In this document: positions 12,551 to 25,069 of the stretch, piece by piece
How positions within the stretch are numbered: the first letter of the stretch is position 1
How the letters are laid out: each line of letters opens with the position of its first letter
Assembly: GCF_018350175.1 (NCBI RefSeq)
Contig: NC_058368.1
Location: 165,046,001 to 165,110,000, forward strand
Source of the DNA: Felis catus
Lineage: Eukaryota
Length of the DNA stretch: 64,000 nucleotides
Direction: 5' to 3'
The notes under the pieces: model-generated
The model's input: the letters and a program-made list of their open reading frames with translations, nothing else
What the model was told of the DNA's origin: nothing
Databases searched by the model: none
Made by a program: the position numbers and the translations under genes

Positions 12551-12767
12551 GGGACATCCAGGTGTCTCAGTCGGTTAAACATCCAACTCTTGATTTTGGC
12601 TTAGGTCATGATCTCACAATTGGAGCCTCGCATAGGGGTCTGTGCTGACAGGGCAGAGCCTGCTTGGGAGTCTGTCCTTTCCTCTCTTTCTGCCCCTCCC
12701 TGCACTCACTAGCACTCTCCCTCTCCCTTTCTCTCTCTCAAAATAAATAAATAAACATTTTAAAAAA
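12551..12767 (+). mobile_element. CAN-SINE
   Basis: Full body; TSD gttatgaagcca at 12538 and 12768. Confidence 0.95.
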
Positions 12768-12885
12768 TGTTATGAAGCCAAAAGTTTCCAGGTATCTTTC
12801 ACTAGTGTTCCCTTAATTTAGAAAGAAAGAAATATGAATTTTAAGTTAGAAATGATGGCATATAAGCAAACATTCTTTACTGTAC

Positions 12886-13093
12886 CTTCTACATTTTCTG
12901 TTGGTATTTCAGACAGCACTTGGAAAGTCCAAATTTTAAAGCCAGAGCAGCTGTTCAACAAAATGTTCACACAAGCCAGCAGGCTAGTACACTCTCAATA
13001 GGTTTGTGTAACAAATAACTGCAAAGTTGTTTCTGCATAAATGAGAAGTTCATGGCCAACTACAAAGTCTACATGTGTAATTTAGCTCTAACA
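12886..13093 (-). other. Candidate alternative (frame-breaking) exon, 208 nt
   Basis: Acceptor CTATCTTTTCCAG; donor AAG|GTACAG; stops in all frames. Confidence 0.2.
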
Positions 13094-13992
13094 CTGGAAA
13101 AGATAGCTAGGAATGTGCATATCTGGTGTATATAATGAAGGAAAGGATAACTAGGGAAGCAATGAAGAATTCAGAACATTTTTATCTGGATAACTTAAGG
13201 TATTGGCTTGAGTTCAGCATCATTATTTACTATTTTCCTCAGTAAATTTCTTACAATTCCTTTGAGACAAGTTTTATTTTCTCTATTTAAATCTTCTGAG
13301 CCTGATTACAGTAAACTAAATTGTTACTGTTTTCTTTTCTGTACAGTGGATATCTATATATCATAATGTTGTTTGTGTATTATGGAAATTGTATGAAGTA
13401 TTTGGGGTTCTTTCAGAATGAAAGACATTGCCTAGGCTGAAGATAGCAATGTTAAACAATGTGATAAATAAGTTATTTCCTTTTTGTCTGACCGAAGAGT
13501 TTTATGGTTTACCATTGGTAGCAACTGTATTTCAAGTGTTTTCATCTGAACAAACAAACAAAAATTGCTTTTGAAAAAATCTAATCTTTAGGACATTTAA
13601 TACACTAGAAAAACTTGTATTCTTGACCAAACTAAGTGGCTCCAGCGGTATTTCCTGTTAGATTGGAAGTAAAGTGCCTCTGCCAAGAAAAGACTAATAA
13701 TGTATATAATGCCAGTGCTACCTGCATTGTTTGCTTGATTGCTTTTTAGCAGTAGGAGTTTGAAAATGAAAGGCAGTAAATGGAATTATAAGCTTTGTAC
13801 CTCATTGTCTGAGAAAGAAATAATGGTATGTTAGGGCCCAAAATTCAATGGCATATTTTATTTTTATTATTGTGGCTACATAAAAATTTCTTATGAATAT
13901 AAAAATGTATAGAACCTTCCTGTAGAACATTTTAATGTTTTAGTTCATGAATTTTTCACTTTGAAACCAAATACACAAAGACCTCAACTTAC

Positions 13993-14087
13993 AGTGATTC
14001 ACCCTAACAGAGAGCATTCCAACTGCATCAGTCCTGTTCTTTGTGATACAACAGGTAGTGAGAACATGACATGTCACCCAACTAATT
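13993..14087 (-). CDS. Candidate internal exon, 95 nt, phase 2-1 (ISWVTCHVLTTCCITKNRTDAVGMLSVRVNH)
   Basis: Strong acceptor TTTTTCCTTTGTTATTTCCTCAG; donor ACT|GTAAGT; only one open frame. Confidence 0.35.
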
Positions 14088-15499
14088 CTGAGGAAATAAC
14101 AAAGGAAAAATCATTTATGAGAAACAGGTAATTTTATTTAAAAAACCAAATGACTGTAAGTCTCCACAAAATTGCCCTCACGGCACCTGTTGACGTTCCA
14201 CCAAGAAATTCTATGAATTCCACAACCTCCATGATAAAATACCTCATATTATGATTTGTTCCAGAAAATAGGGATACATATTAAAGAAGATCGTTATGTG
14301 AAAAATGAGTCCGTATCATATTAAATATTATTTGAATTATGCTTATTGTTTCTCTTATGAGAAAAAGAGGTTGAGATCTCAGCCATAGTCAGTGTAGAAA
14401 GATAGATGAGATTAGCAATACCCAAACTCATGATTTCTATATTTTTCTCCCCCTGACCTGGCAATTCCTGCTGGGACCTTTAAATTACTTTCTTCAAAGA
14501 CAATTTGTCCTCTAAATCTCTTCCCCTGTCTTGATGAGAGTAGATAAATTTGTATGACTGCTAATTAATCATATAAGTAAGTACTTGATGTGTCTGCTCA
14601 TTTTTGTAAAAGTTTGGGAATAGGGTACTTGTTATGAATACAGATCCCAGTGATATCAGTGTTTAAGTCTTAATCTATTTGACTTTGAATACTTTTTCTA
14701 GAGATGTAACTCATAATGAAGAATGTCTCCTCTCTGTCCAAAGCATTATAAAGATAAGACTATCAACAAAATCTACCTTTTACTTTTAAGCAATAAACCT
14801 TCATGTCAGGTAGTATAGAAAAGGCTACAATTTTATGCATTACTTTGGAGAAATATAATGAACTAATGAGTTCTATTATGTATCAGGTATTGTGACCACA
14901 AGAGAAAAAGTAATGAACAAGCTGTTTGGTGTTTTAAGGGAGCTTACCACCTACTTGGGAAAACAGACATTACATTGTAATATCAAACTACTTAATAAAT
15001 GATGGTGTTTGTGATGGTAAATATAGTGCTATAGGACCCAAAGGGAGGGCACTAAAGCCATTATGAATTGTTGATGGGGATTGTGGTCAGTGAAGTGATC
15101 ACAGAGTTCAGAGATATTTATAGGACTTCAATGATGAGTTTATTTTAGATAGGTCATGTGAAGTAGAGAGTGGGGGAGGACAGAGAGGAGAGCTCTAGAA
15201 GTGCAGTATAAACAGAGGTTTGGATGCTCAGAGCCTAGAAAGCATAGAAAATTGTGGAATTAAAATGAAGTCCTCAAACTGGCTTATCATTTTCTGTTAT
15301 CACATCTTAAAATTAAGTTTTTATTATTTAATAACTTCACTATATTTCATTATTTTATTTTATTTTTGCCTTGTTTTCTAGTTTTATATTCTTATATTCC
15401 CTATATTATCTGGCTGTTCTCTGGTCTACTGCAAAGCCAGAAAATGTAGGTAAGGTAGAAGAAAGGCATTTTGTCACCATGAATTCTAACACCTTGATT

Positions 15500-15529
15500 T
15501 TTCTTTTTTCTTTTCTTTCTTTCTTTCTC

Positions 15530-15620
<91 letters not shown>

Positions 15621-15830
15621 TTCTTGCTTTCAAGTTTGTTTTTATTTTTGAGAGAGAGAGAGAGCAAGCAAGCAGCAGAGGGGCAGAGAGGGGGGAAAGA
15701 AGATCTGAATCAGGCTCAGAGCTGACAGCAGCAAGCCTGACATGGGGCTCAAACCCATGAACTGTGAGATCAGGACCTGAGCCAAAATCAAGAGTCAGAC
15801 AATTAACTGAATCAGCCACCCAGGTACCCC
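15500..15830 (-). mobile_element. CAN-SINE with tail expanded into (TTTC)n(CT)n
   Basis: SINE body ~15635-15830 plus microsatellite 15500-15615. Confidence 0.92.
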
Positions 15831-15834
15831 TAAT

Positions 15835-16057
15835 TTTTCTTTTCTTAATTTTTTTATTATATTTATTCATTTTTGAGAGATGGAGGAAGACAGAGCACAA
15901 GTAGCGGAGAGGCAGAGAGAGAGGAAGACACAGAATCCGAAGCAGGTTTCAGGCTCTGAGCTGTCAGCACAGAGTCCAATGTGGGCTCAAACCCACAAAC
16001 CATGAGATCATGACCTGAGTCCAAGTCAGACACTTAACCGAGCCACCCAGGTGCCCC
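15835..16057 (-). mobile_element. CAN-SINE
   Basis: Full body, tandem to the previous SINE. Confidence 0.95.
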
Positions 16058-16452
16058 ATCCCCAATTTATCTTAATAAGAATAATCTACCAAGATGTCAG
16101 TGAGAAAATGTGCACAGAGTTCATCCAAGAGACTACTGATATTTAGGAATATATCCTTTCACAAGTAGCACTGAAAAATCAATAAAAGGTTGGCTAGATT
16201 TGAATCTTTCTTATCATTTTTGATAAGTTATCCTTGAATCTCTACTCAGCAAAGCAAGACAGGTAGTTTCTGCTTATTTCCTTTCTCTATTTAAGGAGCA
16301 TACTCAGAGACACATCAGGCGGTTTCGTATCTGTTATACATAGCACCCTGACTATTGGAAATGAAGATACCTTCAATAAATGAGGACTATTTGAATAACT
16401 ATGGATCCTAGAAATCATTGAGATACTGCAGATAATCTCTTTACAGACTCAC

Positions 16453-16521
16453 CCAAGGTACAGATCATAACATTTTGATAAACACACAAAAATCCCTAAT
16501 ACGCAAATAGACATATTTGCT
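16453..16521 (-). CDS. Candidate exon, 69 nt, with ATG at 16514 (MSICVLGIFVCLSKCYDLYL)
   Basis: Acceptor TTGCTTTTTTTTAATAG; donor TGG|GTGAGT; only one open frame; A at -3 of the ATG. Confidence 0.35.
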
Positions 16522-18249
16522 CTATTAAAAAAAAGCAACAAGGTGTTGTGATTACACTAAATTATATGTTGAAAGGTACTTTGTTGTTCCCCGTTTCTTT
16601 ACATGTACTTACTGCGCTACTACTGATACTTTGGGAAGCCACTTTTGTTCCTAAGGTTAGAAGAGCTTTATTTAATACAGGTGGAGCGGTAATTATGATC
16701 AATGTAAATTTCAAAGCACAGATTGTGCAAGCTGCTGGTGCTGGCAGTGTGCTTTGTGTGTATTGATGTCCATGTGCCAAATGTTGTATCTATTAGCCTA
16801 GAGACATCAGCAGGATTGGACATCAGCTGAACACGGCATACTGAAAAGTAAATAGAAACTCAGCATCTGAACTCAAGGTGCAAAATCAGTGTGAAAAATG
16901 TAGTGAATGAGAATTTAAAAAATTGATGAAATAAACCTTGCTTGAACTTAAACTCTAAATTTAAATTTCTCTAGAAAATAGAAATTATTACCGGTTCATT
17001 ATTTATTTTGCTTCAATTTTTGTACTTGCCTTTTAAAATTCCGTAGCATTTTTGGAAATGTTAAATTCTAGAATAATGTAAGAATAATGTAAGGGATTCC
17101 TGTGGGATAACTGAGAAAATCACTATGACATATTTGATATATAAAATACATGAAAATGGGGGTAATACAGATACACATACATCTCATGTTCTTAATAATG
17201 AAATGAACATTGGTAAGCCTGTGTATCAACAAATAAGCTTCAGCATTACAAATAACATTACAGCCGTCTTCATGTCCACCACAATCCCATATATATATTC
17301 TGTAAATTCTTCAGTTATAGAATTTTGAAAATGTCTTCTAAAAATGTGTGACTTGCTTTTTAAATTTCTTTATGGTATTTGTTGATAAACATAAATCTTA
17401 AATTTACTTAATGCTTTTACTTATAGTTCATATTTGTTTTATTTTTAATAACATAAATCATTCCCTAACATACAGATATAAAAATACTGTTCTGCATTTC
17501 TAGGAATTAAATTTTTTCTTTTTCAAATTGAAATATTTAGTCTGTATTAAATGGGTTATTGTGGATGCTTGCTGTATGGATTACATTTTAATTTTTTTGT
17601 TCTATTTGGATATCCAGTTGTATCAACATCATTATTGTTAATTTCCTTTAAAAAACTATGTGGTTTAGCTGTAAATGTATGGATTCAATAGATCAATCTT
17701 TGTGGTATGGACTATACCTGTCTTCTAAAGGGTGTATTACCTCACTCATTTAGATCTTTTAACATCTTTCAGTATGTTTCACATTTTATCTTCAAAGTTT
17801 TTGTATATATTTTGTTTACTACAGCCCTTGATACCTTATAGTTCTGTTATCAAATATTGTTTTAAATGTTTTGTAACTATTTTTACTGATAAATAGAATT
17901 TCAGTTTGCTGTTTATGCCAATATTCACAACCTTGCTAAATTCTTAAACAACTCTAATAAATATAATTTGTCTATGAATAAATTTTAGGGGGCATTATAT
18001 AAATAGCCATATAATTCATTAATAATAAGAGTCTGACTTTTTCTTCTCAAAGATCTCTAGTACATATTTACAAAGAGCCTGCTATAATAGTCGTCTTTGT
18101 CTTGATGTTGATCTAAAGAAATAATTCTGTATTTTCACAGAAGAAATCATATTTGCTGAGTGTTGATAGAATTTAGGAAGAAAGTTTCCTCCTATCCCTA
18201 GTTTTCTAGGGGATGATAAATTTATAGTTCATAAATTTTGTCATGTGTG

Positions 18250-18437
18250 TTTTTTTAATTTATTTTACATTTATTTATTTTTGAGATAGAAACAGAACAC
18301 AAGTGGGGGAGGGGCAGAGACAGAAGGAGGCACAGAATCTGAAGCAGGCTCCAGGCTCTGAGCTGTCAGCACAGAGCCCTACGCTGGGATTGAAGTCACA
18401 AACCGTGAGATCATGACCTGAGCCACCCAGGCGCCCC
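18250..18437 (-). mobile_element. CAN-SINE
   Basis: Body with a short internal deletion. Confidence 0.93.
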
Positions 18438-19061
18438 CATGCATTTTTTTCTGATTCTTTTCAAATGAGAGTTTAGATTTTTCCTTCATAACCTGTTAAT
18501 GAGATAAATTATACTTATGAATTTTATAATGTGAAGCCACTATGCATTCCTAAGATATATCCCTATTTTTTTATATGTTGTTGCTAATATTGTGTTTTAG
18601 ATTTTTGCGTCTCAAGGTCCTTGTTTGATTTTGATATCAAGGTAATATAGGACTTATTAACTAAGTTGGCTTCCCTTCCTCTATTCTATTCTGTTTAAGA
18701 ACTTGCTTAAGGTTGTAATTATAACTTACTTGAACTTTTGCTTGAACCTACCTGTAAAACCATCTGGGCCTGGTTTCTTCTTTGTAAGAAATTTTAAATC
18801 ACAGACTCCATTTATACAGTGATTATAGAAATTTTACATTTCTTTTTTATATTTTTAATTTTAATTTTTACTTTTTTATTTGAGTATAGTTACATGATGT
18901 TATGCTAATTTCAGATGTGTAACAGTGATTTTACATTTTTATATATTACACTATGCTCATCACAAGTGTAGCTACCATCTGTTACCATGCAATGATATTA
19001 CAAACCATTGACTATATTCCCTATACTGTACCTTTTATTCCCATGACATTTAAAAAAAAAT

Positions 19062-19119
19062 TCTTATTTTTTTTTTTATTTTAGAGAAAGAGAATGCATG
19101 AGAGTAGGGGATAGGGACA

Positions 19120-19162
<43 letters not shown>

Positions 19163-19267
19163 ATCTTAAGTGACTTGGGGCTAAATCCCATGAATCTGAG
19201 ATCATGACTTGAGCTCAAATCGAGAGTCAGACAGACACTCAACCAACTGAGTCACCCAGGCGTCCCC
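19062..19267 (-). mobile_element. CAN-SINE
   Basis: Body with (GA)n; flanking catgac repeats. Confidence 0.9.
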
Positions 19268-20219
19268 ACCTCATGACTTCTTTTTAATTAGTTTTATTAA
19301 ATTATCTATTAAAAAGCATTTTCCCATTTAATTATAACATGTTAGTCTTTACTGACACTGATGTTTTCATAATACTCTCATTAACTTTTTTTCTTTAGTT
19401 TGTCCTCTTTTCCAATATGATTTCATTGTATGCTCTTTCCCTCTTTTGTCAGTCTTTAGAGAAGATTTTCTTTTTATTAGCCTTTTCACTAGAGCCAACT
19501 TTTGAGCTTTGTTGGACCTCTCTCTTGCATCGTTAAGGAATCAAATTGTGATGCCTTTCTTTTGAGAGGATTTGGAAATTCTGTTTCAGAATCCAGGGGA
19601 AGTTACCAAGTGAACCTATTCTAATTCTCCTAAATATTTATAGACACATGGGACAATTTCAGGGTCCACCTTCTGTCTCTTTGGTAGAGAATAGCAGCCT
19701 AGTTTTTCCATTTCCAATATGATATTGCCATTTTCCTGAATGCAGTCTGATTTCTGTGTGCACTAGTTTTCAAGTGTCAGTTTTACCTTGCTGACTTATT
19801 TTTATTTGTATTTGTCCTTGGACATTTCCTTTGCTTACAACAGTGCCTTAGAAGTGTATTTGTTGTAAATTATCTAGGATCAAGTATTATTCTAGTAAGA
19901 AGTACCTCCTGGGTATCTTTCTGTCATACTGCTAGGAATGGAATTCCCCTCTGAGATATTTTCAAAGGTTTAGGTATTTCAGGTAAACTTTACTTAAATA
20001 TTTGGTCTTAAAGAATGTGTCTGTTTGAAGTCTGCCCTTCAAACCTTTGGGTAAATGAGGAAAGTAAATTAAGATTCAACAATTGAAGCCTTAGCTGTTA
20101 TTCTTTCAAAATATGAAAATAAGTTTGTCTACACTAAGAGAAATCTCTTTCCAATGCTAACATCTTGCCAACTGCTTCATATCGTATTTTAGCTCTCTTG
20201 ATATTACCAAAAAGGGAAG

Positions 20220-20550
20220 AGGAAAACTAATTTATTGAGCTCTTGTAATATGCCAGACATTTTATTAGTTACTTTTCATTTGCCAGCTCAATAAATCCTC
20301 AGACCAATTTTATGGCTAAGTGTTATGGCCATTTTTAATTTGAAGAAAGAAAAAGATGGAGAAATTTGCACAGGCTAATAACAGTTTAAGGATTCAAACT
20401 GAGCTCTGTTTGACCTAAAGTTATCTTACAATATGGTAGTACAACCTACCTCTGTTTTATAGGTGTGGAAATTGAGGCTTCCAAGGTCTAAAAAGTATCC
20501 AAATAAAACTGAAATGTGCATCTCGCTGATTTCAAAGTCTGTGCACGTTC
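20220..20550 (-). mobile_element. MIR remnants
   Basis: ttttataggtgtggaaattgaggct and ggattcaaactgag motifs. Confidence 0.55.
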
Positions 20551-21629
20551 CAAAATATTTTGTTTTGTACATGCATCACAACCACACCATAAAATATAGG
20601 GTGACATGTCAAGTCTCACATATTCCCCAACACATCAGGACTCTTTAAGAGCAGCAAGGTTTTATCATCACCCCTTTACGTCACGTGTAAATGCAGATAT
20701 TGACCATCTAATTTTATAGTAACATAAAATAAAATATATCCATTTACACTGTTTAATTTCATGAGTTTTGGCAGAAATAGACATACCAGAATCCATAGCC
20801 ACAGTCACAGTACTGAACATTTCCATCACTCTCAAAAGGGTCCCCCTGGGCCAGTTGCTGTTCATTTCTCCACCCACTCAGACCTCAGCAACAGCCGATA
20901 TGCTTTTTTGTTATATAGAATATTTTGAATTTTTAAGAATTTTTGTATAAACAGAATTCTATAGTATGTGGTCCTTGTATCTGATTGTTCACTCATCACA
21001 ATGATGAGTGAAATGTGATGTTGAGGTTCCTCCATGATGTATATATTAATATGTCATTCCGTTTTAGATGGCTGGTATTCTATTATACCATATTTTGTTT
21101 ATTTATTTCCTTATTGATGAATATTTGGGTTATTTACAACTTTCGGATATTGTAAATGAAACCGCTGAAGAAATTGATGTATAAGTCTTTAGGTTCACAT
21201 ATACTTTAGTTAATCTTGGATACATACTTGGAGTGGATGGCTAATCTATATGGAAGGTGTATATGCAACTAAAGAAACTGCCAGTTTTCCAAAGTTATAA
21301 TGATATTTTACATTCTACCCAGTTTTTGAGAGTTCTAGTCATTTAATGAGCTCTCCAATACTTAGTATATTCAGAATTTTTAAAAATGTAGTCATTCTAG
21401 TTTGTGTGTGTGTGTTTGTGTTTGCACGCATGTATATGTGCATTTGCATGTGCATGCACACTCATGTAGAATTATCTTATGTGGTTCTAACTTGCAATTA
21501 GTTGAACACTAATTCTATGGAGCAATGATGTGACCATTGGTCATTTGTATATCTTCTTTTCGTCTTTCAAGGGTTTTGTCCACTATTCAAATTGGCTTAT
21601 TTTTCTTCCTATTGTGTTTTTGAAAAAAA

Positions 21630-21841
21630 TATTTTTAATGTTTTATTTATTTTTGAGACAGAGAGAGACAGAGAATGAGCAGGGGAGGGGCAGAGAGAGA
21701 GGGAGACACAGAATCTGAAGCAGGCTCCAGGCTCTGAGCTGTCAACACAAAGCCCAATGGGGGGCTCGAACTCACAAACTGCGAGATCGTGTCCTGGGCC
21801 GAAGTCTGACGCTTAACCGACTGAGCCACCCAGGTGCCCCC
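21630..21841 (-). mobile_element. CAN-SINE
   Basis: Full body; TSD cctattgtgtttt. Confidence 0.95.
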
Positions 21842-21904
21842 CCCCACCCTGCCTATTGTGTTTTAAGAACACAGTATATATTTAGGTTTCAAATCCTCTG
21901 ACTG

Positions 21905-22072
21905 TGGAGCACATGAGTGACTCAGTTGCTCAAGTGTCTGACTCTTGATCTCAGCTTTGGTCACCATATCATGGTTTGTGGGATCAAGCCCCATGTCATA
22001 CTTTGAGCTGATAGCGCCAAGCCTGCTTGGGATTCTCTCTCTCTCCCTCACATTCTGCCTCTGCCATGCTTG

Positions 22073-22108
<36 letters not shown>

Positions 22109-22129
22109 ATAAATAAGTAAACTTAAAAA
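21905..22129 (+). mobile_element. CAN-SINE
   Basis: Full body; TSD aaatcctctgact. Confidence 0.93.
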
Positions 22130-22364
22130 AAATCCTCTGACTATTTATGCATAGTAAGTATTTTCTCTCTATTCATGGCCTGACTTTTGATTTTCTTAAT
22201 GGTGTCTTTTGTTTAGAAGTGTCTTTTGTTCATTTTGATGAAGTCCATTATCAATTTTTCTTCTTTTATTGTTTGTATTCATTGTGCACTATTTAAAAAT
22301 ATTCACCGAACCACAGATCATAAGAATTCTTCTATGTTTTCTTCTATAAGCTAATAGCTTTAAC

Positions 22365-22557
22365 TTTTTTAAAGTTTTAATGTTTATTTTTGAGGGGGGG
22401 GGTAGGGGCAGAGAGAGAGAGACACACAGAAACTGAAGCAGGCTCTAGCGTCTGAGCTGTCAGCACAGAGCCCTTCGCGGGGCTCAAACTCACAAACTGA
22501 GAGATCATGACCTGAGCCGAAGTTGGACACTTAACCGATTGAGCCACCCAGGACCCC
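22365..22557 (-). mobile_element. CAN-SINE
   Basis: Full body; TSD ctttaactttt. Confidence 0.93.
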
Positions 22558-24518
22558 CTATAACTTTAACTTTTATAGTTAAGTCTATGACCCGTGGTCT
22601 TTTCAGATAAGAATAGATATTGAAAAGTTTTTATATAGATATCCAGTTCTAACAAAATGTCATGGAAAAGACTTATTTTTCAACCTTGAATTATCTTGGC
22701 GACTTTAAAAAATCAATTATGTACGTGTGTGTATACATATATACATATATATATATAATCTATGTACATATATGTGCATATGTTGTTTCTAGACAATCTC
22801 TTATTTTTAATTAATTTATATTATACCAACCACGCTTTTTTTCATGAATGCTTCATAAGAGTAGTTCATAAAATCAAGTATCCTAAGTTCACAGATTTTG
22901 TAAAAATTGCTTTAGTTCTTATTTGTGTGACTTTCCATATAAATTTTGGAATAGATTGCCATTTAAAAATTCCCGACATAAATTTGATAGTTGTCACGTT
23001 CAAATATACTGGTCAATTGAGGTAAAATTAACATCTTAATGATACTCACTTTTCTAATCCATGTGGATAATATATTTTTCCATTTATTTTGCATTTTTTA
23101 AATTTATAACCAATATTTTATGTTTCCATATAATACCATTCTCATCTTTTAAAAATTTTTATGTTTGTTTTTGACACTGTTGTAAATAGAAGTTTTAGAA
23201 ATTTCATTTTTCAACTTTCTTGCTGTGTTGGATTTTATAGATTAACTGTGTGTACCATGGCCTTTCTAGTTACATTTATGTAGTTGTTTTGTAGATTCTT
23301 TTGAACTTTCTACTTAGACTGTCATGTATACAATATATTTTTCTTTGGTTCATTTCCAGATTGATTTTCTATTTATCTTTGTTCTTCAGTAGTTTAACTA
23401 TGATATACATATATGTGAATTTTTTGTGCGTTTTTCCTGTTTGGCTTCACAGTTTCTTGAATGTATAAAGATACATTTTTACACATCATTAATATTTCAT
23501 CTTTATTTGGTCAAATGTTTTTACCTCATTATTATTATACTATGTTAACACTTCTTAGATTTTTGTTATTGTCTGCTTATTTTTTCCATTTTTTCCTGTT
23601 TCACTCTGATTGGATAATTTTTATTGATCCATATGCAAATTTCTGACTCTCCCATTATCTTTACTGCATTCTTAATTATCCCAGCCGATTTTCATTGTGT
23701 ATTTCTCATTTCTAGGATTTCCATTTTTTAACTATATATTTCCTATATTTCTATCTTTGTGTTCATTATGAGCATATTTTTCACTACCTCATCTAATGTA
23801 GGTATAATAAATATCTTCAAGTCATTTTTTATAATTGCAACATCTGGGTCTGTTAAATTTTGGTCCTGTTAATTGTGTTTCAGCAAGCAATTAATTTAGT
23901 TAGACCCAAATTTCTAACTTTGTCACAATTGCAGTATGCATCACCTCATATCTCAGCTCATTTCTTTTGACTTAGCCACATTCTCTTCTGGTATACCTCA
24001 TGCATACTTGATTCGGGGATCAGCAGAATGTGGGTAAAATTTATACAGAGAATCTGGGATTTCTCTTATCCGCTTCTCTCTTTCAGTGATATTCCCCCTC
24101 ACTTTCCAACAGCAGTGGTTTGACTCGGTTCCTTGCCTTTACCTCTGCAGGACAGAAAGTTCCCATGACTTCCATTGGAGTTTCCAGCACTCTGCACTAT
24201 ATTGCAACTGCCTGCAGGCTAAAGCTATAAAAATCTTATCCCATGCTCTAATTCTCTGTAAAGTTTTAACTCGTCTGCAAAAAATTTGCCTACTGTAGTT
24301 TATTTTCTAGAGCTTTTTGGGCATTTTTGCAGAGAGGTAGGTGGGTAAATGTTTTTATGTTTGTTAAGTATTTGCTGAAATGTTTATAGTTGTTATTTGT
24401 AGGATAGTAAGTTAATACTTCACCGTACCTAATGCAGAATGACTCTCATATACTTGTTTCTTGTACTTAAAGAAGAATATACCTCTCACATTTTTTTTTC
24501 TTTTCTCCTATCTTTTAG

Positions 24519-24634
24519 TACAGAAGAGGTGGAAATTTCATTTCCTCTATTCCACATCTGGCTTTGGAGACATGAAGTAGCTATCAAAATTAGTATTCTT
24601 TACAGTAGAAAATGATTGCTATGATCTTAATCAG
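24519..24634 (+). other. Candidate non-coding exon, 116 nt
   Basis: Very strong acceptor tttttttttcttttctcctatcttttag; donor CAG|gtaata; stops in all three frames. Confidence 0.3.
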
Positions 24635-24834
24635 GTAATAATGGCTCCTGTCTAAACATTTTGAAATTATGTGGAATTAGGCATTATCAAGGATAAAGTA
24701 AATTAGCTCAAGCTTCCCAAATTATATTTCTTTTATATACATATATGTGCATATAAAAGGTTATTAGTTCAAACTTTTCTAATTGTATAAAAATTCGGTT
24801 TAAGGTTTAAAGGAATTTAAACATGACAAATACA

Positions 24835-24976
24835 CCAATTTGCAAAGAGAGTCATTAAATTCCTCACTGCGGGGGTTGAAAAAGCAGCATATAAAACCAG
24901 CATTGCAAACCTTAGCCTATCAGCAGATTGCAATTTATATGGGAAGAGAAATCCAGAGACTGCGGAAGCAGTGAGT
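24835..24976 (+). promoter_or_regulatory. Candidate core promoter plus short first exon
   Basis: CCAAT at 24835, TATAAAA at 24890-24896, donor GCA|gtgagt at 24971. Confidence 0.3.
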
Positions 24977-25025
24977 TTTTATTTAAAGTTTGTTGGCATA
25001 GTACTCTTCGTTTTCTCTCACTTAC

Positions 25026-25069
25026 TTGTAGGGGAGCCCAGGAGTAGAGTACTTCTCATCCAGTGCCAA
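25026..25069 (-). other. Candidate upstream exon, 44 nt (LALDEKYSTPGLPY in frame with the downstream ORF)
   Basis: Acceptor TTTTATTGATACTTTCTTTAG; donor CAA|GTAAGT. Confidence 0.3.

Larger units (their letters stand above)
17330..19520 (-). mobile_element. Old L1 ORF2/3' remnants with SINE and younger L1 3'-end insertions
   Basis: Antisense L1 motifs, e.g. cctgtaaaaccatctgggcctgg and ttcctcctatccctagttttct. Confidence 0.7.
20710..24400 (-). mobile_element. Old L1 (L1MB/MC/ME-like) 3' UTR, ORF2 end and 5' remnants, with three SINE insertions
   Basis: gaacatttccatcactctcaaaa, ttgatgaagtccattatcaatttt, ttccatataaattttggaat. Confidence 0.8.

Noticed and set aside
15371..15900. Longest ORFs in the track (129-164 aa) and similar ERERER/SLSLSL ORFs elsewhere
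   Set aside because: Translations of CAN-SINE bodies and microsatellites, not genes
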